From contig JBHGNT010000006.1 of assembly GCA_043228905.1 (NCBI GenBank), positions 7,068,001 through 7,132,000 of the forward strand: a stretch of DNA of 64,000 nucleotides. Direction: 5' to 3'. Made by a program: the position numbers and the translations under genes. This DNA is from Azolla caroliniana. Its lineage: Eukaryota > Plantae > Polypodiophyta. Positions 49,669-64,000 of this stretch are shown in pieces. The first letter of the stretch is position 1. Each line of letters starts with the position of its first letter. The notes below the pieces were generated by a model, which worked only from the letters and a program-made list of their open reading frames with translations, made no database searches and was not told the origin of the DNA.

Positions 49669-49799
49669 GTGATGGGTCTATAGGGTTTACTCCCACCATG
49701 GGAGTGATGATTACCTCCTCTCACATACCTTACCATCACCAAAGCCTTCCTTCCCTCCTTATACATATGTTGACCTCACCATCCATCACATCACATCAC

Positions 49800-50290
49800 T
49801 CTACATACATACATACCATAACATAGCATAACACACATGACATACATAGCATACATGATATGCATACATGACATACATAGCATACATATCATACATGATA
49901 TGCATACATACATGACACACATAGCATACATAGCATACATGATATGCATACATACATGACATACATAGCATACATGATATGCATATGTCCATACATGACA
50001 TACATAGCATACATGATATACATACATACATAGCAATACAAGATATACATACATACATGCATACATATGTGACATGCATAACATAACACACATGACATAC
50101 ATACATACATACATACATACATACATAACAAACGTGATATACATGCATGCATGCATACATAACATACAAGATATACACACATGCATACATACATATATGA
50201 CATACATAACATCCATATATCATACATGATATACATGCATACATATTTGGCCTCCATTCATACATACATATACACGTTCATGCATGCATA
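49800..50290. repeat. (CATA)n-derived compound micro/minisatellite (~35-bp higher-order unit)
   Basis: catacatgacatacatagcatacatgatatg repeated with variation. Confidence 0.9.
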
Positions 50291-52684
50291 TCATCCTAAC
50301 CACCACCATCATTGAGGCAATCATTGAGATATTGACTACATCTTCCTACTCATTAGTAGAAAATTGAACCAACCATATCTTGTATGATTAACCTTTATTG
50401 TAGGTAAGTACCTCCCCTTCCCTTCCGGTAAAGATAAAGATAACCTTGACAACAGGCAACACAAGCTAACAGATGTGCACGTACACACAATATTCTCTTT
50501 GTTTATGTGTGTGTTTGTGTGCGCATTTTCTATGTCTTTGGATTCTCATGGCCTCTCATGGTAGGATACATCCATTAGGCTAGATTTTACCATGCCCCGT
50601 CCCATAAGTCATATTTGTCGTTAGAGAAAGTGGATAACTTGAACCATAACCCATTGAATTCTCTTTAATGCCCATATTTTGTCCCACTTTTCCCAACTCT
50701 TCATGAGACTGTACACTTCATGTTCTCCTTCACAAAACTCCATGACCACTAACAAACCCTCATAACCTCGCCAAAACCAATGGAATCACGTTCTTTCAAC
50801 TGTTCCATAACATCCACTAAGAGACCCTCATAACCTACCAAAACCAATGGAAACATGCTCTTTCAAATGTTCCATAGGTCATATTTGGTCTTTGAAGGTA
50901 ATTGTATCATGGCTTGGGAGAGTGATGGGGATTGACACTTCATACATTATGTAACATATGTTGCATCAAACCACAAAACCATCTATTCTAAATGAGCAAA
51001 CCACACACCCATGCATATTAGAGCGCATCATCTCCACGTCCACTATCCACACAATTGCTTTTAATTGACTCTATTCACATTTTGTTTGATGTGATGCACA
51101 ACATTAGAGCTTTGATGAGGAGACTTGTTGTTTATGTGGGGTTTGCCTTGTGTTGAATTGACGGAAGGGGTGGGTCTAAGTTCGTAATCGTCGTCATAGT
51201 AGTATTTAGATCATAGGAAGTTCTATGTTTTGTTGTAAGTTAGTCATGGTGGTGTTTTTCCTTACGAAATGAAATCCATTATTTACGAAAGAGAGAGAAA
51301 CCACGATGGATCCATATGGTGAACAAGCAATAAGAGAGCTTCCTTACTTTGAAATGGGTGTTTCTTCCCATAATGGCAAGCTTTTGGCCCAATCTTTTAA
51401 AGCTTTTAAAAGTTAGGTGTTTCCTCTCCATGACCCATTCATGCCACTTCCATGACTTAGGCATAACTAGCAATTACCCATTGAAGACTCACTTATGGCA
51501 CATCCATTATATTACCCATGGCCTTCAATTCAATGCACATGTCATATAAGAGATCTTGAACACACAATACCCTTAAATACCTTGTGGAATCTCTAATTCC
51601 TAACCAAACCCTTAAGTGCACTCCCATATATGTTGGATTACTTCAACATGCTAAATGCAATTTCCTCCTACTATCCATAATAAACTATGGACTCTAAATA
51701 AAAGAAAACTCTCCCTTTCGGCAACAATTTTGATATACATATACTTGAATAATCATGTTTCAAGTAATCATGTATGGTATTTGAGTATTTAAATGATCAA
51801 TTCAGTCCTATTTATTCAATTTAAATGCAACATGTTTGAGCAAGTATATACGTTGTTAATATGCTTTAGTTTCTTTCTAGGTTGACTAGGGCCATTTGTG
51901 AAATAACAAAAACATAAGGGCATTCAAAATCCCTAGCATCAAATTTACCAATCCATATCTTAAAGTTGATCAAATATCTTATTGAGACAAAATTCAATCA
52001 ATTGTTGAGAGAGATGCAGACATGACTCTACTTCAAATGACAATAGGTTCCACCACAAATTTCTTCATTATAATTATTTAAAGAAATCATTCCAACTCAC
52101 AAACACAAAATCTGAATTCATATTTTTTGTTTACTCATCGTGAGAAAAGTGTAAGTGAAGTGAAATAGACCCACACATTAAAAAACAATCGTTAAATCTG
52201 ATTTGAAAAACAGAAGAACCTAACATGCAAGGACAAACGGAAAATAAATAATGCTTGCAAGGTCAATGCCCAAGTTTTGTAATTTTCTTTTCTTTTCTAG
52301 TTTTGTAAACCTTTCCAACAATTACATAATTGGAGTATTTGAGCAATTATATGGTTAATTCATCAGCTATTTTTCAATCATATATGCTTTTGAGCAATTA
52401 TTTATCATCATTCGCCTCCTTTATCTCTTTCAATGTTTAAGGGAATTTTAGGCTATTTTGAATAAAAATTCAAACCATACATAAAAGTTCAAATATAGCT
52501 TTGGATGGGCCATTAGCGGTTATGAATGTACAATGGATTGGTCATTCATGGGCCATAGACACACACACACACAAAGAGAGAGACACAAGGAGGGTATTAA
52601 CATCCATAGGAAGCTGAAAAGGATTTGTTGTTTTGCTAATGGGAAGTTAATATCACTTGACATATCGGCATTGGGATAAGTTTC

Positions 52685-52878
52685 GCTACATGATTGTTTT
52701 ATTCAATAAACATATGGTTTAAATGAGGTAAACTAAAATTTATCCACGAAATTTACATGTAGAAGAGAAGAAACATAACATGCTACATGATTGTTTTATT
52801 CAATAAACATATGGTTTAAATTAGGTAAACTAAAATTTATCCAAGAAATTTACATGTAGAAGAGAAGAAACATAACAT
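52685..52878. repeat. ~97-bp tandem duplication
   Basis: gctacatgattgttttattcaataaaacatatgg...agaagagaagaaacataacat occurs twice. Confidence 0.93.
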
Positions 52879-53043
52879 TCGTGGCCCTTTCCGCCAAATC
52901 CACTAGAAAATTTATGCACAGAGAAGATATGTTCTTCATTTGAACAATTGAAACCCTACATGAATGCTTCATTTCCTTACAAACATCTTAAAAACAGAAA
53001 TAGCTCATTGCCTCCGGAAGACCATATGATCTGCATGGAAGTC

Positions 53044-56000
53044 CTATTTCCTTAGAACATCATAAAACACATCTGGCTTTTTGCTTCCAGAAGAGCATAT
53101 AATCTACATGAAAAGGAACACTTGATTATTGATTCTACAAATTCGGAAACATGAGAAACAAAAGCTTCCATTGTAAAACTTATAATTGCATTCACTCACC
53201 TCAAATGCAGATGCCAATCGCAGTAAAGTTGCCTCACACCAAGGTTTTCCAATGAGCTGAAGTCCTATCGGTAGTCCATCTTTGTCAAAACCAACCTATA
53301 TACATACATACAATAATTAGGCAGTATAAGCCATAATTTCAACAAGTAGATGTTGCACTATCATGTCAGTGCAGGGAATAAAAACACAATTTTTCATTGA
53401 TTTCACGTTATATTTGGTTGGTGATAGGTTTTTTCTCATGTCATTCAGTTACTTGCAAACAGAGAGGTTTGGATACAGCAATGGCAATGTATAGACCCAT
53501 AGTACCACGGAAATGTGTCTCTTCCCAATCAAAACTTTCCTTTCAACAATCAGAAGAAGATGTTGCACATGGTCTTACTCTTATTTTCTGCATTCTCACA
53601 GTTGCACATGAGCTAATGGTAGAGACTGACAAACATTTTATGCTAGCATGTCTATCAGATGCCCCGTAACATTTACAAAATGACAAAACATGAGCTACGT
53701 ACAGGAACTGTGATGGCAGGGAATCCCAGAAAATTCGGCGCGACGACGAACCGCATAAGGTTTCCTAAAAGATGGAAAGAAGAAAGAAAGATACATTAAT
53801 GTCTCCAAAAAACCACCATCTTAATGGTTGATAAGACCTGACAAAGATTTACAATTGTCAATTATGTACCTCATCAAGGTGAGTAAACAAACAAACAAAA
53901 TAAAAAATGAGTTGTTTGTTTCTATGCTAGCTTCCGAAAACAAAATAGATTTAAAGTTTGAGGTTTGAGGTTTCATCAAAGATTTTACCTGAGAGAACCA
54001 AATCACTTTCCCCGAACTTCACTGCACTCGTAGGAATCAATGGTGCAGTCAAACTGTATGCAAATAGAAGTAAATCAAAGCTGCTTTTGTTATTTTCCCA
54101 AGTTCTCAAAGAAGGAAAATAAAAGAAGAGGATTACGGTGTTGTGGGTGTTACAATCACATCCACGGTTTTAAATGCTTCCAGATAGAAGAACATGGCTC
54201 TTCTTCTGCAAAAGATAAGGAAAAATGAGGTGGACATTCAAGGAAAAGAAGAAGAAGACGAAGGGATGGCAACACTGGATTAAGAATAGAGTTGGAGTTA
54301 CCGGAGACGCTGAGCTGCTACATAATCACGTGAAGTCAATGAACGCCATACTGCGAGTGTACTACGGATTTCATATGAAATCTCCTTCCTTCTCCTATGA
54401 CCATCCAAACAAAACTTTTATGGAGCATATACTAGATTTGGCATTAGAAAAACTGAGATATAAAATAAATACTAACCCTTCTGAGAAGTACACATTTGTG
54501 GCAGACGCGATTTCTGAACCAATGGTGGCTATGTGGGCTACCATCATCTCTTGAAACTCAGGTAAGATTATCTCCTTAATCTGTTTCCACACAACAAATT
54601 CACTCACGGTTATCTATCATCTTCACCCTATGCATGTATACCTTGAATGAACACAAGGAGGATCTAACAATCCTTGATTTTTCAATGAAATTCGGAATTT
54701 GCAAGTATAAAAAATAGATTCGTGACCTTGTTCCTGTACTTCTCAATAAAAAGTTTGAGAGCTTTTTCACACACCTCCAGCACTTCCAGACTATGAACGT
54801 CCTTAAACCACTGCATGGCTCAAGACTAAGTTAGTTCAGAATAATTCAAGAAACATTTTTATGGTGGTATTTAACAGACAACAAAAAATGCTTCTACCAT
54901 CAAAACTTCACCTCTGAGTATTTGCCAAAAGTGACAGAACCTATCACTGTGGCAACATCTATCTCCTTTGAGGAGCCTTCTAGAATAGGAAAGCTTGGCA
55001 AGTTCTGTAAAAACAGAGATAAGAACAAATACTTTTGAATCTGAAAATGATTTCTAATATGACACTCAAACAAAATTCGGGTAGAAAATAGGTTTATCTA
55101 CAAAGGTGCTGAAAAAAGCTAAAAATTACTGTTAAATGGTCCAGGTATAGAAAGAGGCAACCATGTAGTACAGTTTTGAGTTCACACAACATTATCACAG
55201 GTATTGAACATCGATCATGATTGTCAACTACCCATCTTCAACTAGTTAAGCTCTAGGGAGTCTAGACATACAGGATAGACAATATTTTATATCTATATAT
55301 CCTGGATTCTTGAAACAAGCGATACTTTTCTAGTTTGGTTGAAATACATTAATAACATTTCATACTTTATGATTTTATGCTACATATGTTTTGCCATATT
55401 TTTGCAGATGTTTCATATTGCATGCAAATATTTCATGTTTTAATGTTCTAAACATCAATACGTTTTAACTACATTATGCATATGTAGTCATCATGAAAAT
55501 CATCATTCACCCATAGAATCTGAATATAGAAGAAATAGCTCACCGGTTTTGAGACAGTAACATCAGTTGGGCGTGATCCTAGCATTGCAGCATACCTGCA
55601 TATACATCCACAAGTAGTAAATATTCTCTAGTTGATACATATAAAGAGCCATTATTTTACGTGGTTAAATCAATAGCAAGCTCTCTCCTACAAAAAGCAC
55701 CTGTCAAATTACTAAGGTATATATATAATACTTGTAGACTTAAAGACAGAAAAGCTGATATAGACACACACAAAATCACAAGCAATGTATGGTAAAGACA
55801 GAAGGCTGATAATAGAAATTACCGTTCAAGAAAATGAAAATGTAAAAATAAGCATCACATCGATTAGCCTCCATCCATGAAAATCTCATTGGAAACTAAG
55901 AAACCCTAACCGTATTAGCGATTTATGTAAGTCAAATGCCTACAGACCAAACAGAAATGACTCAAAATACTATAGCTAGTGATGGAGACAACAGACATTG

Positions 56001-59000
56001 TGTCTAGGTAAAAGCTCGAGCTTACTGTATACCTATCTAATGGTCGAACTAGATAAAGGCCTGTGGTAGCCACCATAATGCATGTAGCGAAAATAACATA
56101 ATATTTAATAGCAAAATCCATTCCTTATCATAATTTCAAAAAGAAGCATAAGGTCAGTCAATTGAAATGAAGGTCCTTTGGGGAACATATACTAAAACAG
56201 TAGATTTCTTCTAGATAGAAAGAAAAGCAGTTCCATAGCTTGCATATAATGACATGTCTATGGGTACATAGAAAAACAAGTTGAAAGGACCTATTCTATG
56301 AAGTTAGAAGTGTGGATGTACCAATACTGAATGTTGTCATGGGCATCAGTCATATAAAGACATTTTTACGGTTAGGTGGAAAAACAAGTTGAAAGGACCT
56401 ATTCTATGAAGTTGTAAGTGTGGATGTACCAATATTGAATGTCGTCATGGACATCAGTCATATAAAGACATTTCTACGGTTAGGTGGAAAAACAAGTTGA
56501 AAGAACCTATTCTATGAAGTTATAAGTGTGGATGTACCAATACTGAATGTTGTCATGGCCATCAGTCATATAAAGACATTTCTACGGTTAGGTGGAAAAA
56601 CAAGTTGAAAGGACCTATCCTATGAAGTTATAAGTGCAGGAGTACCAATACCAAAGGTTGCACCATGGATATCAGTCAATATCTAGATATAAGTTACCCT
56701 TTCTTCCAAAAACTTTTTAGTAGATGAAAATTTTCTGTTCTTGGATGACTTACACAAGCAGGAGGTCTTCCACACTCCCAGCCATAGGTGAAACCACTTC
56801 CACAGTCCACCCAAGCTCAAGCACTCTGCCAGAAAAAAGGAAAATATGATCACAATGCTTGCAAATGAGGATACAACCTCAATTCTTGCAAGAGGAAAGA
56901 CACTAGATGCGAATATACATACCCTTCAGTGCTGGTACGCCCATGTGTTGTTTTCAGTCCAACAATCCCACATAATGCAGACGGTATTCGAACAGAACCT
57001 TAAATGCATAAGTGGATGACATTATTTAGTCAAAGGTCCAGATCTATTCCATTAAAATGGTATAGACATAAGCATACAGAACCTTCATAACGTATTCCAA
57101 GAAATGTTACCTAAAACATACCTCCTCCATCAGTTCCAAGGGCTGCTGGACAGAGTCCACATGCAACCAAAGCAGCTGATCCAGCAGAAGAACCTCCTGT
57201 ATATCTCTTTGTATCATGGGGATTTCTTGCTGTCCTGGTGCATGTTTTTAGGTAAATTCACTCTGCTAATGCTGGAGCATCTATATCATCATGCGTTTAT
57301 ATAGAAGTTATCTAAGTTTATTCAAATGGAATTCATACCCATAATGAGGATTGTTGCCAGTTGTTCCTGACCCAAGTTCATGTTGATTTGTCTTGCCAAT
57401 AAAAATGACTCCACAATCCCGGAGCCTTGATACACAGACAGCATCTCTTTTTACCTCCCTAACTTTGTGAAACCAAGTAGTACCACCTGCTCAAAGTTCG
57501 GGCAAATAAGAAATTAACTAGCCTGAGCTTTACTCAGTTCGATTTGATCCTTATGCATCACAAAAATAATAAGTGAATGAGAAATATAGTCTAAAAATGC
57601 CACCCTGAACATCTACGAACAAGTCATCACTAACAATTAGATAAAGATAATTCTGAGAATCATGCCATACAAAAAAATCAATCGAACATGAGAAGTCTAA
57701 AGGTGAGTACTTATATACCTCGAGTATCATATGGAAGACAGTCAACTTCATCTTTAACAGCCATAAAAATTCCATCCAGTATTGACAATGGCTTCCCTGT
57801 GCAAGTTTCATTGACTTCAATCAGTGAAAGAAGAAATGTTGGATTTATAATTTAATCTCCCAAAACATCATACTTAACCTTCCGAAAAACGGCGTGATGA
57901 CTCAGCAGCTTGCTTTCTGACAACTTCCGCATCAAAGGAAATGAATAAGGACATGGGAACTTTCCTCTTCTGAGAATCTTCTATTGCTCTAATAAGGTGT
58001 TCTGCAACCTGAAATGCATATATATTAGATAGATTTACCTGTAGAATTTGAAGCATTGGAAATGGGTATAAGGAACTGACATCTAAAGGTGTAATAGACT
58101 CATGTCTATAAGCATGGGCATAATCCCGGATTCGCCAATATCGGAAAGGTAGATCCACACTCTTTTGATGACTGGGAAGACATTCCAAGGCTAGCTCCAC
58201 TCTTGATATTGACGAGCTACCCTCATCAATCACTTTAACGGCAGCTTCAAGATCTGCATAGCAGAAATAAAAAACAAATTCTTGTATAACAGATAGCACC
58301 AATAGGCATAAGTTCTCAAGCACTCTTCTAAAATTAAGCACAAAACCAGTGACCATTATCATAGTATAAACGAAGATCTGGAAGACAAAAATACATGATG
58401 ATTATGCATATTCATACGCATCATCACAAACACATATACATACATAGCATATATATAATAAACATCCAAAAATACATACATATGCATATACCAGTGGATG
58501 TTTCATACATCAGTATCATTTATTCACATAAAATGCTTCAAACAAATCTGGAACGAAATATTCAATATGCATTCTTGCCTTGATCTGGAAATTGAGGAAT
58601 AAACAGTGGTGATTCAGGTATAGCAGTTTCAGAGAGAAACTGTAGCCAACATAAAGCAAATTGATCAGAACTATATGTTTAAATGGTATACACATAAAAG
58701 AAAACAAACGTAAACATTTGTGCAAAAAAAAAATCCATACAGTAATAAGGATACCTCAGCATATTTGTTCCGGCGAAGAATGCTTGAAATAATCCAACTG
58801 CCAACCAGAGAACTTTCAAACACCCATGTTGCCAGCTTCAGACCATACCCTGTAATATGTGGAGCTGAATGGACAAGGAAAATCCTAAGCATCTGTCAAC
58901 TAACAAAGAAACTTAATCCATCTCAGGCAATAACAGACGCTCTTTCCATCCCGTATGTATCACACACATTATATGTTCATCACCCAAAGAGGCTAAAATG

Positions 59001-59251
59001 GCCTTGATCATGTATATATCTACCAGAGAAGCTAGTTTCTTTGATGTTAGCTTATTAACTACTAACTAAAGCGAAATAAACGTGTTAGAACTCAAAATTA
59101 TCTTAAAATACTGCCTTTTACATCCCACTATGTTGAACCTAAACTGCCATAGAAAAACATTACAAAGAAACTGACCTTCTATATTTTGAGATGTATACTT
59201 TACAGCATCGATTTGAACTTCCTCGACAGGGGTCATGTCCCTCCGTCCCAT
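53044..59251 (-). CDS. FAAH: Fatty acid amide hydrolase (amidase signature family), ~20 exons, appears intact
   Basis: [25 protein letters not shown].../[68 protein letters not shown]...[17 protein letters not shown] (Ser-cisSer-Lys triad motifs).../[31 protein letters not shown]. Confidence 0.94.
56271..56680. repeat. ~108-bp tandem repeat x~3.8 within a FAAH intron
   Basis: gaaaaacaagttgaaaggacctattctatgaagtt...ggttaggtg at ~56271, 56379, 56486 and 56594. Confidence 0.95.
58254..58578 (-). other. Non-canonical GC-AG intron in FAAH
   Basis: Exon 3 (58579-58639, [20 protein letters not shown]) ends CAAG|GCAAGA. The next exon tatgcag|ATCTTGAAG continues the frame as DLEAAVKVI. Confidence 0.8.
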
Positions 59252-60010
59252 CTCTAAAAAGAAAAACTACATCTTAAAATGCAAAGTGTGCTAATTTTGA
59301 ACCCTTCAAAATATGGAAACATCATTCCTTTTTGGAGTTTCCAAATCAGGATTTGTTTATAGGATATGTCTCCCAGGTAGAATCAAATTCAAATACAAGC
59401 ATTTGTAAGTGGAAAGTACATTTTCTGGAAACAATAAATAACCTCACAACAAAGGTGTCAATGCTTCTATATCAATCCTCTCAATAGAATAAATATCCAT
59501 CCTCAGTTCTCACACATGGTGACCACAAAATAACCATTCTGAAAAACACTTTTTCAATACTTAACTTTGTATGACTACCAAGTATTATCTTCTCTAGAAA
59601 CTTCTCTTCCAATACTTAACTTTGTATGCAGCCCACCAAAAAAATGTGACATTTTGTTTTGGGACAACCTAACACAACCTTGTATATTATGCACATTGCA
59701 AACCTATCGATATTTACAACCAGAGAATGTGAAAATTTTCTCCGTACATGTTGACAGCTACAACAAAGTAATCTGATTATAGTTGTTAACAGCTTTCGTT
59801 TGTCAGTTGCAAAAAGTTGTCACGTTCTCCTTGTAAAAATTGCGACAAATTAACGTAAATTTTTATATTACAAAAGCTTATTGATCTTTACAACCAAAAC
59901 AATGTGAAATGTTTTTGACATACATGGTAATGTGTATGGAATTTTTATGTCAACACAAGCATATATTTTCCTCGTAAATGTTGCAATGATATATGTAGCA
60001 AGGACCTCTG

Positions 60011-60052
<42 letters not shown>

Positions 60053-61603
60053 GCAGAACTGCATGCTAAATTACGAGCAAATTGCAATGTATCCAAATCC
60101 TCACAGAAAAGGATTAGACAAACAGAAATTTTTCAAAAAACTAAAATTTAAATCAATTTCTGCTAGAATCAGGAAAGGATGAATCATGTTAGATAGGGGA
60201 GATCAGGAAAAGGTCCACAAAGAAGTAAAAACAGAGAGAATAAAAAAGTATAAGTAACAGAGGGGAGGAGGATGGAGGGGGGAGAATTGTGGTAGATGTG
60301 TTATTAATCGTAGAGAGGAGAAGGGTGTACCTTAGATTTCAGGATTTGAATCTGAAGATACAGAAACAGGGGAAGGTAGGAGAGGAATGGCGACTATGGG
60401 AGGAGAGTAGTAGTAATTAGTTGAAAAGAAGACATAAATGTCAATGACACACACATAGGGAAGGAAGACTTCCTCTTAATTACATAATAATAGACCATAT
60501 ATGTATGTATGTACATACATAATATATATACATATAAAGTTAGTTCCATATAAAGGCCATGATGGGCGAGGTGTGACCATCATCCAAACAAATTGTGACC
60601 ATGGGCACATAAAGTAGTAAGTATTGGAGTAAGTTCGTTCCTCGTGTATTTTGAGCATATTACCCCCCGTTTTTACTCAACACGTAAAAGCAAATCATCT
60701 TGTCCCCAACGTATCTGCTAAGGCCATTTATGGCATCTGATGTTTTCAATAGCTTTTTATTCTCGAGGGTTGGTCGTTGGCCTCTCATTTGTCTTGATTG
60801 TCGCCTTTTCGATGTTTTTGTGTAAGTTTTCACGACTTATGGTCGCTATGAAGAAGGTGCAAAACATTTACACATCATTACAATGTGTTTGGCAAACCTA
60901 AACGTTTGATACAAGTAGAGCCCCTACCTTATATATATATAAAGACGAATTAGAATAATCAATTTTGGCGGGGAAAGGACTTTAGTATCATCATGCAGCT
61001 TTTAGCTTTGCCATGGATACTATTCAAAGCATTAGATATGAATCTTGAAAATAAATGGTTTGATGCCGTGTGTTGTAAACTATAAATGCATCTCAACAAT
61101 GTGATGATGCCCATTGCCCCCTTCTAGTTTTTTGTGTTGAAAAGCAGGTACATTGGATCTTACCTAAGGGCAAATTATGCCCTTCCAATTGTAAACACAA
61201 GGATGATGTCATTATGAACAATCACGAACTCAATTCGAAAACTATGGCTTTATTTCACTTATAATATGGCTAGTCTGTAAATATTACCATCACTAATCTT
61301 CCCATTTATGAGACACCAATCAAGGCAAGGGTCAAAATCGTTAACAATGCTATGAAGTTCCTACGATGTAACCCATCAAAGACTTAATTGCATTAATTGA
61401 AGTACAAAATGCATTAATTGAAGTTCAAAAACTAATCGCTGTTTTAAAGACTGATCACATTAAATGAAGTACAAAAAAACCAAACTCTGTTTTAAAGACT
61501 ACCCACATTAAATGAAGTACAAAAACCAATAGCTATAATAAAGACTAACCACATTAATGAACAACATATTATGAAACCCAACTGTAAATGCACACCAATA
61601 CGC

Positions 61604-61880
61604 AAAATCTATATGATACACTGAAGAGATTGAGAAGCCACCGACACATGTCACGTTCTTCAAGATTGTCATCAACATATCAATCATTTCCTCCACATCG
61701 CGTATCACCATATTCACATATTAAAACATTTCCATTCGCTCGAAAATCTATATGATACACTGAAGAGATTGAGAAGCCACCGACACATGTCACGTTCTTC
61801 AAGATTGTCATCAACATATCAATCATTTCCTCCACATCGCGCATCACCATATTCACATATTAAAACATTTCCATTCGCTC
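61604..61880. repeat. ~139-bp near-exact tandem duplication
   Basis: aaaatctatatgatacactgaagagattgagaagccaccgac...tttccattcgctc occurs twice. Confidence 0.95.
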
Positions 61881-62405
61881 ATGATTTATGCAGACAATTT
61901 TATTCTTGGAACTAAAATAATTAGTCAATATGCATTATCAACATAATGATCCAAGTTTGATTATCGCACACAAATTAATGATTTTCATTCACAAAAAAAC
62001 ATGGTTTGTTTACAATGCAAAGAAACAAATTTTATACTAATAATTAAAACAAGGTACAAATTAGTAAAAACAAATTTCCCTGAACACCATCTTTAACACG
62101 GTGATTGCTATTTGAATTATGTCTTACGCAAATACCAGGCTAAAGATACAAAAATCTCATAACTAGTCACTTCAATTTCAGCAAGTGTATGATAAAACAT
62201 CAACTTAAGGCAAATGTAAATGAAACACCTTCATTTTAGTTCACCAAAGAGTTTCAAACACCTACCCCGCAAAGTTGCTGGTCACAAATTAGATAAAAAT
62301 GAATCTTAAAAAGATTATTCCAGCATTAAAATTAAAATAAGCGTTTTAACAAAACCGTCACACATGATCTGAACAACTCGCAAAAAAAGAGATGGTACTC
62401 ATTGC

Positions 62406-63943
62406 CTAGTTTGCATTGGCAAGCTCTGCGCGAAGTTTCTTAGCTGCTTCCACCATGCTTGTTAAGGCTGGCATCACTTCAGAATACTTGCGTGTCTTTA
62501 ACCCACAATCAGGGTTAACCCACAATACCTTGGATTCCAAGACATCTAACATCTGAGAAAAGGAAAAGCCAAAAACATGAGACTTATTATCAAACTAGCA
62601 TTGCAAACTATTCTAAAAGAATAGAAAAGAATTGTCTATTATTTTCTGATGAACCTAGTGTTAAATTTGTAATCAAGAGGTAACGCATCGCATACTTGAT
62701 GCATGAACCAACAAGTGGATTAGTTGGGTGGGACATACCTTCCTAAGACGATCGGCAATTTCCTCCGTATCAGGTACTCTTGGAGTGTGAATATCATATA
62801 CACCAGGGCCAATTCCAGCACCATACTTCACACCATCTCTGAACACTCTGAGAAGCTTCTCATCAGAACGGGAGTTCTCAATGGTGATGACATCAGCATC
62901 CATGTCAATGATTGAATGGATGATGTCATTGAAGTGGGAATAGCACATATGCGTATGGATCTACATCATATACAGAATAGTCAATATAGAATAAATTAAG
63001 ACCCGCCTCCGCCTGTTAACAATACAGAAGCAAAGAGAAAATAATAGCATATAAAGACCCTTTAACCTGTGTGGTATCTTTCAGTCCACAATTGGTAATT
63101 CTGAAAGAGTGCACAGCCCAGTTCAAATACTCAGCTTGCTCAGATTTCCTCAACGGCAAACCTTCTCTAAGTGCAGCTTCATCAATTTGAATGACCTGAA
63201 TACAAGGCATTGTTCATATTTAAAGACGAAAACTTAGACACGAAACTGCAAAAGATGAAAATTTACACTGATTCCAGCTGCTTCCAAATCTTCTACTTCA
63301 TGCTTAATCGCTACAGCAATTTGGTAGCACGTTTCTGACCTATGAAATACCACAAAAAAAAAATTAGAGCATATGGCAGACACCAAGTTTTACGAATATA
63401 TGACATAAAAGGTACAGGAAGAGTTCTGAGAGCATAAGCATATGATGTAAACTAAGTTTTAAAGATATATGAAATAGAAATACAGAAAGAGTTCTGAAAT
63501 CCTATCACGTATTATCCTATTACTGACATCGAACAACACATTATGCACCAAAATAAAACGAATTGACCATGAACAATTGTTCAAGACAAGGATCACCAAG
63601 GGGTGTTGAGAGAAACAAAGAAGCGTAATATATTTATTGTCGTATATGTAGATTGCTCTGAAATAAAATTTAGTTGACAAAAAATCACCCACCTTGGTTG
63701 ATCATTCCTAACAAAGGACCAGTTCAGAATTGTCACAGGTCCTGTAAGCATTCCCTTCATAGGTCTAGCAGTTAAGCTTTGGGCATAAGTTGACCAGAAC
63801 ACAGTCATTGCATTTGGCCGGCTCACATCACCATAAATAATAGGTGGCTTGACGCAGCGGGAACCATATGATTGAACCCAACCATTTTCAGTGAAGGCAA
63901 AACCGCTGAGTTGCTCTCCAAAGTACTCAACCATATCATTCCT
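62406..63943 (-). CDS. METE: Cobalamin-independent methionine synthase, last 5 exons (5' part outside the window)
   Basis: [43 protein letters not shown]...[21 protein letters not shown] / [15 protein letters not shown] / IHTHMCYS / [11 protein letters not shown] / [11 protein letters not shown]...ELANAN*. Confidence 0.96.
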
Positions 63944-64000
63944 CTGTTGAATTGATAAATTATAGTCAAATTTCATTTTCTCCCTGTATTTACACAAAAG

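Noticed and set aside
49791-50265. MYVC-rich ORFs
   Set aside because: Artefacts of the (CATA)n satellite, open in all frames.
58640-58754. FAAH intron 2 starting GTATCCTT as a U12 GT-AG intron
   Set aside because: No TCCTTRAC-type branch motif near the acceptor, so it is probably U2-type.

Overview
AT-rich, intron-containing land-plant nuclear DNA. It is probably a non-seed plant such as a fern, inferred from gene style and a long single-exon PLS-E PPR gene; the species cannot be identified. Recognisable protein genes: SPCS2 (-, with a U12 AT-AC intron), a MEI2-like/AML RRM gene (-), a divergent Dof-like zinc-finger gene (+), a PLS-E PPR gene (+), NF-YB (-), FAAH (-, with a GC-AG intron) and the 3' part of cobalamin-independent methionine synthase (-). 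Reading beyond the ORF track gave four main results. (1) A previously uncalled 3-exon, 89-aa Pro-rich single-pass membrane microprotein at 29142-32182 (-) resembles the SPP+TM module of SERK co-receptors. (2) At 21.8-25.7 kb, four different retroposed pieces (RTEX-like LINE, U6 snRNA copy, L1-like LINE, tRNA-derived SINE head) are each bounded by (GA)n tracts. (3) A decayed local duplicate of the PPR 3' end and NF-YB 3' flank begins exactly after a (CCCTAAA)n run. (4) A second U6 fragment carries the 3' end missing from the first copy. All alignments were done by eye; no database searches were run.
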